A stretch of 63,887 nucleotides of DNA, counting the filler, from Hyphochytrium catenoides (Eukaryota; Protista; Hyphochytriomycota), in assembly GCA_900088475.1 (NCBI GenBank). It is 8 parts of 8 records of this genome, joined end to end, with 100 filler letters (N's around TTAATTAATTAA, not from the genome) between each part and the next. Parts side by side here need not be neighbours in the genome. Positions count along the whole stretch, not along the records: positions 7,639 to 30,977 come from FLMG01001325.1; 7 more parts are not named here. One strand, 5' to 3'. The notes under the pieces were generated by a model that made no database searches, was not told where the DNA came from, and saw only the letters and a program-made list of their open reading frames with translations. A program made the position numbers and the translations under genes. Numbering within the stretch: position 1 is the first letter of the stretch; each line of letters opens with the position of its first letter. Positions 12,760 to 26,126 of this stretch are shown here, piece by piece.

Positions 12760-15262
12760 TCAGCTAGTCGGGTAGGGCTGGTTTGGATCGAGGTCTAGGA
12801 CGCTGGGATCGGAGCCTTCCAGGGCCATCTTCCGCTGCACTGCGGCTTTGGGAAGCCCGATGCTGAGCAGCTTGAAGTAATGCACAAACCTAGTTCAGGG
12901 ACGGGCAAGAAGGGGTGAGGAGAAGAGTTTCTTTTTGTTGCTGAAGGTGCGCCTCAAAGTTTCCCAAGATGGGAAGGGAGAGAGAGAGAGCTGCTCAAAG
13001 AACTACGCTGACCCTAAAGCCTAAAGAGTACATGGGAGGGTAGACCCTACGTCCCAGTACCTGGGATCGTCTTTGACAGCCACAGGCTTGTCCTTTTCTT
13101 CCTCGCCTCCCGCCGAGCCAAACAGATCCTCGAACTCATCTTCCTCTGCTGCTCCTTTCTTCTTGCTCTTGCGTCTTCCTCCTTTCTTTTTCTTCTTATC
13201 GTCAGTTTTTGCAGCAGTTCCATTCCCTACTGGAGGAGCTCCGAACAAATCTTCATAGTCTGTCCGACGTAGAGCCGAGAAGACCCCTCAGTCAGATAGC
13301 CGAGTCGAAGAACCAAGAGTGAGCAAAGCAGAGACCATTCAGTATGGGACGGGTACGAAGCACCTCTGCTAAGAGAAAACATGCGACTCGGAGGCCTACG
13401 AAACTACGCAGCCGTAATAGACGTCACAGTGGACAACGCAATAGCTTTTCCTTACCGTCGCTGTCTTCTACTTCGTCAGCAAAGCGCACCTTCTTCACAA
13501 TCTTAGGCGGCGCGGCAGGAGGGGCCGGCCCCGCAGTGATGGCGAGAAGCTTTTCCTTTTCCTTCTTCTCTTTCTTCTTCTTCCCCTTTGCCTTCGCTCT
13601 CTCCTCTTTATTCTCCTTTCTCTCTACGTTGGCAACTGCTAGTTCCCTGGGGGGTNNNNNNNNNNNNNNNNNNNNNNNNNNNNNNNNNNNNNNNNNNNNN
13701 NNNNNNNNNNNNNNNNNNCGGCCGCCTTCGAAGCGGATCGACTACTTCTTTCACCGCTTCCGTTGCCCCTTCGGGAATATACTGAGCGAACGCTTCTTTC
13801 TGCCGAGGCATACCAGATTGTGTGGGCGTGAGACACAGAGAGAGAGAGACTAGTTATACACGTACGGAAGCAAGATGTTCGATAGAACAGGATGAGATAA
13901 GCTGAAGGTTGATGGCACTCAAGTAGCATAGTTGCCATAAAGGCTCAAAATGAAGGGCAACCATAGTGATAGGCTTACATCGCGCTCAGCATTTATCTTA
14001 TCCCTCTCATTCTTCTGCAAACAGATATTGGTCAGCAAGGGCGTCCGGAGGAGCTCAGTTATTGGACGGAGACGACGAGAGAGAGCAATGGGAGGAGCCA
14101 TGAAAAGGAATCGTAGATGAAGTGAGGAGTTAGAGGAAGAGAGAAAAAGATGAGGAAAACATGAAGGGGAATAGAGCAAACGAGCACTCTAAGAAGAACT
14201 GAGATGTAGCTCGAGACACACATCAGGGAGGAGCGAAGCACAACCTCCTTCAGCCTCTTCTTCATAATCTTCTCTTTCTTTTTCTCTTCCCGCTGCAGTC
14301 TCTCCTCCTTGTGCTTCATTCTCTTCAGCAGCTGCCCCGCCGCACTCTCCGGGTCAGTCACCGCCTTCAAAAACTTCATCCATTGGATCTGTTCCCTAAG
14401 ATTATCTGCTAGACACTCTCGCTCAGCTCCTTTGTCAGTCTTTATCTTGAAGCCAAAGGAGTAGCTTTGGGTCTTCCCTTTTCCATCCCAGTCCTAGCGC
14501 ACGAGAGACAGAGTGTTGCCAAAGAGAGACAATGTGAGATGAAAAGAGGCAAAAAAAACAAGGCTATGCAAGGCACTCTGAGGTCAAGCGAAGTACAAGA
14601 GACGGTAGGGGACAGCGCGGAGGTGAAGGGCAGGGGGTTAGGAGTAAGAGTAAAACATTATCTGAGTATAGAAAGCGACGGAACTTAGGAAGACGGGTTA
14701 GGGTGAAAGGAAGAGGAGAGGCAGTAAGAGATAGAGAGCTATGTCAGAGAGAAAGAGACAACGAGGAAGTCGGGGAGAGACCTCCTCTTCTACATAGGCA
14801 GGCTCTCTAGAGAAGAGAAAGGGAACAGCCGGGGCGGAAAGTGTCCTGCACCCGCTACGAGGAAGGGCACTCACCAGAATCTCCGAGACGACAAAGGAAG
14901 CTTGGCTATCGGCTCCTCGTAGATAAGCGTCTTTGTCAACATATCCTTTCAGCTGCTTGTCAAGGGTTAGGATGCAGTAGTACTCGGTCCTGCAATAGAA
15001 GAGGCGACCATGAACGTGTCATTGGGGAACGAAGTGAAGTGAGACAAGAGCGGACAATAAGGCCCAAGTATCCCTAGAAGAGAGCGAGCTTAACGGGATC
15101 ACAGAGATGGAGAAAGAAGTTGATGAACAGGGGAGAACCTAAAGAATTTGGGTAAACCAGAGAGCTTGAAGGGCCTCAGATAGCATACCAGGTGATACCC
15201 ATCCTATCTCTAATGCGCAGGTAGCCCTCATGGAGCTTTGCAATATCCTGCGTACTTGCCAT
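12760..15262 (-). CDS. PH-domain protein with coiled-coil/Lys-rich middle and C-terminal CCDC53(WASH)-like motif, multi-exon
   Basis: Spliced N-terminus MASTQDIAKLHEGYLRIRDRMGITW-TEYYCILTLDKQLKGY...FGFKIKT...EQIQWMKFL is PH-like. C-terminus reads VKDDPR-FVHYFKLLSIGLPKAAVQRKMALEGSDPSVLDLDPNQPYPTS*. Spans a small internal gap. Confidence 0.7.
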
Positions 15263-15805
15263 CTAGATCGACCTTCTCCTCGAGGGGCCGCCGACTACGG
15301 CTCACACCACATCAAAACCCAAGTTGCTCAGCGGCTGAAGGCATAGAGCACATACTATTAGAGTACGCCTTGACCCTTGACACACACCATCGACATCAGT
15401 TAGAAATGCCCGCTCTTCTTGTCTTCAGCCTCTTTTAAGATTTTGGAACTGATGGAGCTTCGAGAATCGCGATGGCAGAGCTTCATAATTCAGGAGGAGG
15501 TTACCGTGCTGCAGACTAACATTATTATTGCTTCTCCGAAAGGAAAATCATCACCCGAATATACCTTACAGGAGTCGAGGATAAGAACCTATTTGAGCAA
15601 ATGCTTCTTGGATAGGACTACAGTACTGATTTTGATATCCAGATAGTCTGAATCCCTAAATTAGTAAGTATCCTTGGTCGAATTTCGGTAGCTTAGGCCT
15701 TGGATGAAGCTTTTTCTATAAATGTGTGATATCGTCACTTTATAGACTGAAGATCGAGCGTATCTTTAGCTCGCGCTGTAAAGGCGGAGGTACTCTGCTT
15801 GTCTT

Positions 15806-17973
15806 CTAGCGCTTATATATCTGAAGCCTCACGCCTTCAATAGGGCGGAGAGGGAATTCAAACTTCTCAAAGGTCAAAGGTCCAGGCTTCTCGCAGACGA
15901 ACTTGAACTTTGATAGCAGGATGGCAGTCACGACCTTGGCTTCTAGCATCGCAAAGTTTTGTCCAATGCAGTTCCTGCGGAGAGCATGACGAGGTCAGAG
16001 AGGAACATTGCCTTAGACAGCATGTAACTTAGTCACCTGGGGCCAAGACTGAAGGGCAAATAAGCGAACGGATGGCGTTCTGGCTCCCCGTCTTCGAACC
16101 TTTCAGGCCGAAATTTGTCCGCGTCCTTGCCCCACACTTGCTCATCTCTATGGGTTCCCCATACGTCAAGGATAACGATCGAGCCTGGAGGGACCTTGTA
16201 CGGTCCTAGGGAATCGTCCTCCACTGTTTCTCTCATGACGATGGGCACGGGAGCAAGAATTCGAAGAGTCTCCTTAAGCGCGTTGGTTGTGTAGCTGAGC
16301 TGGGAAAGGTCCTCATAGCGCAGCCTTGACGACGTGGCGAACAGAGTGGCGCATTCCTTGTGCACCTTCTCTTGGCAATCCTGATATTCGGGCTGAGAGA
16401 CAAGGTGTAGAAAAAGCGCTAGCCACATGCTTGACGTCTCATGCCCTGCAGTGAGAAACCTAGCAACAGCAAAAGCCAAGGCGACGTAAGGCTCTCTGAA
16501 AAAAAAGAAAGGAAGGGAGAGACAGACAGTACCGAGGACAGGATGAAACGTAACTTGAAGCGCTGAACGAGAGAGCGAGTGTAGCAACCCAAAGAAGTAA
16601 ACACTGCTCACGGTAGACATCAGGACTATATCGATGCCCCCAGCAAGAAGTAGCCGAATAGTCGTAGGGTAAGGAGCTTGAAAAGACCAACAACGAAGTC
16701 ACAAATGTGAAAGGTCGAGCTCCTTTGCGCTTACGTCTTCATCTCGCAAAGAATATTCTCGTCTGAGAGCTTGGTGCCGTCTGCCTCCCTAGCTGCCAGA
16801 AGATAGTCCAGCAAGTCCTTCTTCTCTCTCTGCTCTCCTTTGTCTAGCGCTGCTCTTCTATTAACGATGACCTCAAGAATGAGGTCGTTCATCTCCGCCA
16901 GCTGCCTCTTGTATTCCTTACTCAGCCAGGGTAAGTATTTCCGATGGGGCTGGAAGAGCTGCAGGAGGAGCTCTCCAATAACGTTATTGTATAGCCTCTG
17001 AAGTCTCTCGCCCGCCTTGTCCACGGTCGAACGAAGGCTCAGACAAGCTTCAGATATAATCTCTAGCGTCAGTATACGGAACTCATGGGCAATATCTATG
17101 GCCTCTCCGGTATCTGCTCGACTTTCTAGCCGCTTTACCATCTCTTCTGTTGAGTCAATGAAAAGGTTGAAGGCAACCTCCCGGATGACCTGGTAGTGGA
17201 AGGTTGGGCTGACGAGAGAGCGGTGCCACTTCCATTGAGCACCTTCCAAAGTCACTAGTCCGCCTCCTAGAAGTGGTGCCAGGGCGTCGTAGCCACTCTT
17301 GAACTTGTGGAAGTTCCGATAGTTGGTGCTGAGAATGTACTTCAGAACGTCTGGGTCGCTGACGAATATCACCGGGAATCCGACAATCTTCATATGGAAA
17401 ATCTTGCCAAAGACCTTGCGGTACTTGATACTGACATCAACGATAACGTTTCCTGTCACCTTCGGAGGCAGAAAAAGAAACTCCAAAGAGTTACCGACTA
17501 GAGAACGTCGCGTTAGAGAGACCATTTTGAACTAGGAGCATTATAGTTATGGCATACTTACTTAGGGGAAGCTTCTTCGGACCTGGAATCCCGAGTGAGC
17601 TCGAATTGGCATAGATAAAGGAGAGCGACAGAATGGTCACCAGCGCCACTAGAGAACCAATGACCACGTTGGAGGGAGGAGTAAGAAGAGCTGACGGCAC
17701 CTTGTCTTCCTTCAATGCAGCTTCGTCTTCCATCATCATATCGCTCGTCGAGGAGAAGGTTGAAACATTCTCCATCCCGGCTGAGACAAGAGGGATCGAG
17801 CACGCTAAGACGGTGAGCAGTTTTCTGCCGCTCGGTGGCCAATAGATTGTTGGGGAGGAAGACAGAATGGCGCAAAGGATACCCAGAACCAGGGTAGAAC
17901 TCAGCACCAGCTCAAAGTTACTCTGAAAGATAACCGTCAGCTCGGCAAACAACTGCGAAGAGCAAGATGTCAT
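15806..17973 (-). CDS. Cytochrome P450 (CYP4-clan-like), 4 exons
   Basis: TM anchor then IPGPKKLPL-GN; I-helix AGHETS; K-helix ETLR; FRPERF; heme motif PFSLGPR-NCIG split by an intron. Start Met uncertain (17973 or a downstream Met). Confidence 0.95.
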
Positions 17974-18229
17974 AATTTAATACACTTGCTTATGGAAATG
18001 ACCAAATTGTGCTCACATACCTTCTCTATGGCGCTTCGAAGACCCTCTGAACATAGTATAAGTGCCGCAGCGGTTAGGATTATCATCTTCACGATAGCAG
18101 CGGTAGATCACCCTTCAAATAAACACCGAGCGGAGGCAGGCTTACAGCCAGCCGCAATAAGGCCCCTGATAGTTAGAATAAATGCAGAAGCCCCGACACC
18201 TCCGCGAGAATAGTAAGCAGTAGCATGTA

Positions 18230-18940
18230 TCTGGATTGTGCCTTGTAAGACCCTGCAGGTGCGCGCTTTGTGCTGCTCATCGGGCATGAGGGATCTCATC
18301 AAAAGCTCAAGGCGCGAAGGCTATTCATGGGCTCATGAAACTCAATGACTCGATGCAGTTGAGTGCATGATGAAGGCAATAGAATGAGTCCAAATCTTTC
18401 TTACAATCAAAGGATGCTGTCAAGAAGACTTTGGCACATAATAATAGTACAGTTAGTAGAACTGTTAAATGACGGGATAAGGACACAGAGTAATATGGCT
18501 GGGGAGTTCTACGAGTACCTCCCAGAACACAGAACAGACGCTCAAATCTGATTCTAGGTTAATCAGACCATTATAGACTTGATTACTAGAGTTGCAATGG
18601 GATCATGATTATGATCTTTTTTGATGATGCTATTTGGGTATTTGATGAGCCATAAAGCTCCCCAGACCGCAAGAGGACCTCATAGCAGAGAGTTGACTTG
18701 AGGTAGAGAAGTGGACTAAAACGTTGGGGAAGGTGTTCTGTAGGGCTTCTGATCCTGACGCTGCACAATTTTCCCACATAGAAAGATAAAGGAGGCTGGC
18801 AAAATGACCGACACGAAAGCCACGAGACAGAGTAGGAAGAGCATGAAGAGAGAGAGAGAGACGGAGGCATTATCTGATACAGCACCCAAGCCATATGAAG
18901 GGCTTTTTTTAACTTCCAGATTATGTTATCCCCCTTAGCT
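18230..18940 (-). pseudogene. Highly degenerate Ty1/Copia reverse transcriptase relic
   Basis: Collinear, frameshifted motifs WKLKKAL/YGL, LSFYVGKL (cf. LYVDDL) and IAFA..LLMRSLMPDEQHKARTCRVLQGT (cf. DIAFAVSxLSRFxxxPxxxHWxAxKRVLRYLxGT). Confidence 0.45.
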
Positions 18941-19236
18941 GCAACCTTTTTATCTGCCTCAATTGGAACTAATGAATTCAACAGAAACATTTTGGAATAA
19001 GAGAGCTTCTGTCCTTATAATAATCAAACTCCATTTTATAAAAGAATGGTAAGGGAATTTTTGTGTTTAGCATCCACCAAAAAGCCCTCTCCCCGTCATT
19101 CTCATCAACGCCGACCGCAAAATCAACTCTACTTGCAGACAGAGTTTTTTTTGGCAGATCTGTGCATTGACAGAGACTCTCAGACCAAGTAAAGGAAGAC
19201 GGGGCGCTTCTTCACCTGCATAACAAAGGAAGAAGG

Positions 19237-20647
19237 ATGTTCAAACATACCGTCGCAGCGACTCTCTTGGTGTTGGCATGCTGTCTGGTGCAGGTGGTAC
19301 GTGATTTGAAGAATTTTGTCCATTAGTCGCTAGACTGGGTTCATTTGCCGAATGCACACACATTGCTGCGGATACTCACTCACTTCTTATAACGTTCGTC
19401 TCTCCACTTCAGACTTTCTGGCCGCCATCTACTTAGTTCAGTTCCAAACTGCATTCTGATACAACTTTGGCTCTCTGTAGCTCTACGCTGATCTTCTTCC
19501 CGACCACTCCTTCCACGAGCCATTTGAGGACTTGGATTATAAGGGGGACCGCAGGATTAACCTCAACTGGAGAGTCGGAGGCCATGCTAGCGTCAAGAAG
19601 AGCTTCGTACGCCTGACTCCTGAACGCCAGAGCCGTCGGGGTTACCTTTGGAACCCTAACAGGATCGGCCGAGATGAGTTCTCCATCCTCCTTCGCTTCC
19701 GCATCAGCGGGACTGGGCAGCGCTGGTTTGGGGACGGTCTAGCGCTGTGGGTAACAAACGACCGATTCCATCGTGATGGCCCTCTGCATGGATACGCTGA
19801 TAAGTTCACCGGCTTTGGCGTTATCTTTGATACCTTCCGCAATGTAGAGCATGCGGGTGGCCACAAAGATGTCGCACTCGTGATGAACGATGGGACTAAG
19901 GCCTACACTGACTTGGTGGATGAGGAAGTAGTCGGTTGTGATGCTTCTATGCGCTATTATGAAGAACATGGGAAGTTCTCTGTGGCAAATCATACCAGAG
20001 CGCGCATCTCTTTCAATAAGAATAAGGTGAAGATTGAGATTGATGAGGCTGCTACTGGCACTTGGGTGGATTGCTATGAGACTACTCTCAGCGGCCTACC
20101 TGCAGACTGGACAAAGGAGTCTTACTTGGGCATCACAGCCTCAACTGGCGCTCTAGCAGACAACCACGACGTCCTCAGCGTGGAGCTGTTCTCGGAGTGG
20201 AATGACAAGCATCAGCAGTTCCACGACCAGTACACCAAACACAAGTCCCAGGTGGATCTGAAGAGCCACGACGGCACTCCGGAAGGTATTGTCCAGTCTT
20301 TGCAGGCGCAGTTCGCCCGTCTCCAGGAGGACTATGAGCACCAGATTGCCAGCCTAAAGGAAAGCACTCGTGGAGCACTGGAGAAGCTCACAGAGCAGGA
20401 AGCGCTGCTGGAGAAGAGAACGGCAGAGCTTGAGAATGTTGTCAAGCAGACAGTAGAGCAGAGCGTTGACTCTACGCTGGGCGAGTTTGCTAGTGCCGTA
20501 GATGAAAAGATCACGGAAACGATTAAGGAAGCTAGCGCTGGAGGAGGATGGAAGCTTCCTTTCTTCCTGTTAGTTCTTGTCGCAGGAGGCTTTGGCTACT
20601 ATAGCTATGCCAAATACAAGCAGCTGCGTAAGAGCCATCTCCTTTAG
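19237..20647 (+). CDS. L-type lectin cargo receptor (VIP36/ERGIC-53/LMAN family), 2 exons
   Basis: Signal peptide exon MFKHTVAATLLVLACC; lectin motifs VRLTP, GDGLALW, FTGFGVIFDTFRN, GITASTGALADNHDV; coiled coil; TM helix; KSHLL tail (KxHxx COPI-type motif). Confidence 0.93.
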
Positions 20648-21346
20648 GTTGGAGTCGATTGGAGGACTTAAGGGCGATAAAGGGGAGTAAGTGAAGGAGA
20701 GAAAGAGGGGTAGAAACATCAATAGGAGAATAGCTTTTTAGAGTACAGGTTCTCTTTACCTTGTATGGCTGGCTCTATATAATGCTTAAAGGCCTGCTGC
20801 TCTAGTTCTGGTTTTGTCCTGCAATTGTCATAGGAGGAAGTGCACCTTACAGAGGGGCCCAAGTGAAGGCCTTTTGTTCTCGTTGCTCAATTGCTTCTTG
20901 CTCTTTCGGCTGCTATCTCCTCCTCTGTCTTCCCTTAGCGTCACTTGAAACCACACCCATAATCTCCGCCCATCTAGTAAACCTTTTCCGCTTGCAATGG
21001 CAAGCCCGTTGCTGAGTGCACTGCTTGCCAGACACCATTGCCGCCCACTACCTTTCTCCAAGCCCATTCTCCGTCAAAGTCTATAGTGTAGCAGGTTCAG
21101 AAAACCCCCTCCTACGTTTCCCTCTCCCTCTTGTCACGCATCCCTATCGTTGGCACCCATCCCCGCATCAAAAGACTCCTATAATGCACAGATCTCAAAG
21201 CTTGAAAGGAAGTTGCCCTTTATCTAGATTAACAGCATAAAACGGCGATGCATCCTACACCACAGGTAGTCTGTCCGTCTGTCTCTCTCTCCCTTGTCTC
21301 TCTCTGATACGTTGTTCGTGGCGTCATTACTGAACCTTCTCGCCTT

Positions 21347-23162
21347 CTACTTCTTGGCAACAGCAAACCCAACGCGTTCCTTACCCCAGTCGAAGACAGT
21401 GTAATACTTGCGCATGAAGACATCGCCTAGGGCCAAGGGAGAAGCAATGAGAAACACAAGGAAATGAGCAAGCAGGCGAGCACTATTTCGGCATAGTCAC
21501 CGCCAAATCGAACGCAAGAAGTCGCAAGAGAGAAGGAAACGCATATCTCGAGTGGCTTTTGAAAAAGCAAGGAGACGGGCTTACAGCGAATAGTAGAAGG
21601 AAAAGAAGAAGAAAGCGCAGAAATTGCCTTATCCTAAGATACGCACCTAAGATCCAAAGAGGGTGACTTGGGATGTCAATGCCAATGACGGCCCACAGAC
21701 AGAGTGGGCCATTCTTGATGATGTACTCCTCTTTAGAAAGGGTATACTTCTTTCCGCCCAGCGTAAACTCCATATCCGGGGCTTTGGCATTGCAATCAAT
21801 GATGTACTCGCCAAAGAGGAAGGGCGTCGCTCCGACAGTCTTTGCTAGTGCGTTGACCTCACTCTTAGGTCCAGCAAGGAGAGACGTGCCGGAGTCAATG
21901 ATGGCGCTGTGCGTTTGAGTCTGACTCTGACCTCCCACCGCCAGGTCATCCAGGGTTACCTCCCAGTAAGTCTTGGACTTAAGAGGGACATAGCTGATCT
22001 CTCCCTCATAATGTTCAGGGTCTAAGCCTCCGAGGGTGAGCTCTCCCGCCTCTTGGTTGCCAAGATAAAAAGCAAAGACCGGCTCCTTCACTTTCTTTTG
22101 CTCAACGAGGTTACCGAACGGTGTCTTGGCATGTCCGACACTGATGGCATCCCAGCCCATGCCCAGAATGCCGTCAAACTTACCCATCGAGTAAGCGGGG
22201 CCAAGGCCTGACGTGACATTAACCTAAAAGAACCGACGGACAACGTTAAGGAAGGAGCAAGAAGTGTACAACTGCTGAAAAGAGAGGAAGGGACGATGGC
22301 TTCAAGGGCCAGCGGGTTGGGGACGCATAGATTTATCAAAAAGAAAGGCCGACTCACTCAGAGTATGCAAGGCTTACATTCGTTAGTATAACTAAGGGAG
22401 AGAGTGAGGGAAGAGAGAGAGGAAGTGAGAGAAGGAGAGAGAACGTTGAGAAGAAGGAATTCTCATACCTCCGCAAAAACCTGTCCATCAACCTCAAAGT
22501 CTCCCATGTGCAAGGTGTCCGCAGAAAAGAAGCCCGAGACCGGTCCACTGCCATACTGAATCTTGAACTCTCTGCCATCTTCTTTATAAGAGGAAGACCG
22601 AGAGTGATCATAGACATTGTGAGAGCCAAACTTCTTGTTCGGGATCCAGAGATTGGAAGATCCAGTGTCAAAGATCACAGAGAACGTTTGAGGCGGCGTC
22701 CCCAGGGCAATGTCGCCGTAGTACTGGGCGTTCTGATAGTCGTTGATCACAATGCCGCCGTTTGGAGAGACGCGGACTTTATTGGAAGAGTATTGGTCCA
22801 AGTCTCCGAAAAGAGAAGGCTTATTCCCCGTGAGGATGTCCCTGACAAACTGACAGGAGAGAGCGAGGGAGAAGAGAAAAGTGAGAGATGGCCAAAAAGA
22901 TGTTATCTCAATCAATAGTCCTGGACAGGGCGGCTGTGCGAGACAAAAGGGAGCGTGAGAGGAGAGAAGAAGGAGAGAGAAGAGAAGGAGACAATCAAAG
23001 AGTTTTGGCAGGAAACGCTTCATAAAAGAACAGCGCGAAAGACCAAGAAGATGCGCTATTCACCTCCTCATCGCTCTTCTTCTTCAGTTTGAAGCGTGTC
23101 AGCTCTGCAGCTGCGGCAGAAGAGATCACCAAGACGGCGGATAGCAGGCCGAGAAGCTTCAT
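21347..23162 (-). CDS. Pepsin-family (A1) aspartic protease, cathepsin D-like, 4 exons
   Basis: Signal MKLLGLLSAVLVISSAAAA; NAQYYGDIALGTPPQTFSVIFDTGSSNLW; FDGILGMG; IIDSGTS; WILG-DVFMRKYYTVFD...VGFA. Confidence 0.96.
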
Positions 23163-23469
23163 TTTTGTTATTTCCCGAAGAAATGTCGCGATAACAAAGC
23201 TTCAGAATTAGCTGGGGCTTGTGCTCTGTCTCTAGCAGGGATCTTTGGTGTGTCTTCTGCACAGTCAAAAGGACAATTCTGAAGCTTTCCAGAGAATGTG
23301 AGCGCAAAGAGGAGAGAGGAGAGAGGAGACACCCAAAAGATCTTGCTAAATATGAAAAGACAGAGCGAAACAGGTGCAAGACAGACAGGGAAGTGGGCCG
23401 AGAGGGAGAGGAGAGATCGAGAAACAGAGCGAGCGAGAGCGAGAGCGAGAGAAAGGGAGAGAGAAAGAG

Positions 23470-23513
<44 letters not shown>

Positions 23514-23516
23514 GTT

Positions 23517-23552
<36 letters not shown>

Positions 23553-23887
23553 AGAGAGAGAGAGAGAGAGAGAGAAAAAGAGAAATCCAAGCGTGTTGCA
23601 AGAGAACACGGAAGAGAATGAGAGAGGGAAAGTCTGCCTTCCTCTTTCCAAAGATACTGACCTTTTCCCAGCCGTCCCCCAGGAATGAGTTTGCCTTTTA
23701 CAGTATCCTGAATATCGTGATGTTTTGAAACACCCAATGCTCTACAGTACTGTACAGTATACTGTAGTACAGTGTAGTAGGCTTGACATATTCTAATCCC
23801 TGATACAGTGGTCCATATCCTGAAGCAGGTTCGACATTTACACAGCTACTTGTAACTTGGGATGGTTGCGCAAGTTGAAGTCCATAG

Positions 23888-23955
<68 letters not shown>

Positions 23956-24690
23956 ATCTCGTCCTCTTTCCCACAACACCAGATTTGGGCAAGAAAGAAG
24001 AGAGACCTTCTGGAGCGATCTTGTTCTTGCGTCTCTCTCCCTCTCTCTCAGCAGCATCACCAGTGAAGGAGGTAAACCTTGTCGTCTCTAGAGGAGGAGG
24101 ATGAGGCTTTATAAAGCAACGACGGCGTCCAGGAGAAGACCTCACACGACACAGCGGAGAGAGAGAAAGAGTAAAGAGAGAGAGAGAGAGAGAGAGCAAG
24201 AGGGAGATAGGTGCTACGCTGAACAAGCTGGACTAGACTGAGACCATGGTCCTGTCTCATTATCAGCTTAGCAAGATATCAGAGGCATAGTGTGGAAGAC
24301 AGAAAGGTGAGGAGGAGGAGACACCAAAGGCGTCTCTCTTCTATTGGAAAAAAAAATTCATTAATGGTCAAGAAGAGACGCGGTTTTCCTAGGCAAGAAT
24401 AAATATTCTATGGAGAAGAAAGGAGTGACAGACAAAAGTAAGACAAACAATGCGCGGACGTGTCTCTTTCTCTCTTGAGTTCCCTTACTTGGTCTCAGGA
24501 CCTGTCAAAGCTTTCTGTGGGCCAAGAACGATAAGAAGCCAGAGGACCTTCCTCGTGTTGGCGAGAGAGAGGAGCCGTTTTCGGAAGAGAAAGAGAGAGG
24601 CGCATGGAAACACTGCTGTCTCTCCTTGTATGCTCTTTTTTTCATTGAATTTCCTCGGCTTCTTATCGTTCTCCTGTTTTGTCAGCCTTC

Positions 24691-26126
24691 TCAGAAGCCC
24701 TCTGCAGCGCCTACAGGGCCATAACCAGACGCAGCCACCTGCGAAGCCGCAAAAGGCGGTTTGAAGCCCGTGAAGCCTAAGAACAGCTCGTCTCCTCCTC
24801 GATGGAATTGGCTCACGCAGTGCTCACCAGCGGCACCGCTGACGCTACCAGGAGCGGACGAGAGGGCCTCCCCGTCGTAATAACCAGGGTAGCTAGCAAA
24901 CCCTCCTCTCTCTCCCTCTCCGCCGCTCCCTCCTGCTGCTGCTGGCACTTCGGCTATTGGGTACCTTGTGCCTGGAACTAGCTGAGAGGCTGCCAGATGC
25001 TCGCCGAGGCTGTTGACAAAGGCAGGAAAGCCTGCGAGACCGATCGAAGCAGCGGACGTGGCTCCACTGGCCGCTGAGTTGAGAATGAGCGGGCCTAAAC
25101 TCTCTGTTGTCTCTCTGTTGGAGCCGCCACCGGATAGCATGGCTTGCGGATGAGGATGATAAGATGTCTCTCCTTGTTCCTGCGGCACTGTGGCGGCCGA
25201 CTGCCAGTGCGGAGAGAAAGAGAAAGCGTACTGCGAGCCCATCGACCGAGAAACACTCCCAGCCATGTGCTCCTGCAGCGCTTGAGATGTAGGAGTGATC
25301 CTCTCGCCATGCCCTAACGGTCCTTCTCCTCCAGTGATGGGATAGCTTCCCATCATCCCGCTCATGGCTGCAGAGAATGCGGCAGAAGTATCTGGCACGC
25401 CATTGCTCCAGTACATCTCTGACGCCGACCCTGCCCTATTATGGTGACTGAAGTGACGGGAGAGACTTGCCATCATGCCAAGCTGCTCTGCTCCTCTAGC
25501 ATCTAAGATTTCCTCTCCTGCTCTGTCTACCAGCCCATGCGTGCGCATGTGTCTTTTTAGCTTGCCAGACGTGAAAAATAGCTTGTGACAGCTGGTACAT
25601 TCGTGTGGCCTTTGACCTATGTGGATGCGCTTGTGCCGCGCGAGGTTGCCTGACGTGTTGAACTGCTTGTCGCAGGAAGGATAGTCACAGCAGTAGGGCG
25701 TCTCTCCCGTGTGGATCTTATAGTGGCGAGTCAGCGTAAACCGACGACCGAAACGCTTTCCACAGTCGGGCCAAGGGCAGAGGTAAGGACGAGTTCCAGA
25801 GTGAGAGCGCATGTGCCTGGCCAGACTGCTAGCGGATGTGAACCTGTAGCCAGAAAGCGAATGAATGAGTGAGAGGAAAACAAGGGACTGACTTATTCTA
25901 AGGTCGGATGAGCAGCAAAGAGCGAGTCTGCCGAGTGAGAAAGAAAGACAAAGAGAGAGAGGAAAAGAACTTACGTTGACTTGCAGCCAGAGAAGCTGCA
26001 CGTGTAGCTTCCTCCGGAAGGAGAAGAGACGGCGGAGGAAGAAGCCGTGGAAGCCGTTGAGGTTGGGCTGCAGACATCCGAGGACTCCAGTGGATGCACT
26101 GCGCCGCTCGAGGTGTCGACCAGCAT
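24691..26126 (-). CDS. C2H2 zinc-finger transcription factor (4 fingers + low-complexity tail)
   Basis: YTCSFSGCKST-FTSASSLARHMRSH, CPWPDC...HYKIH, CDYPSC...HKRIH, CTSC...HMRTH with TGETP/GQRP-type linkers; one intron inside finger 1. Start uncertain. Confidence 0.9.
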
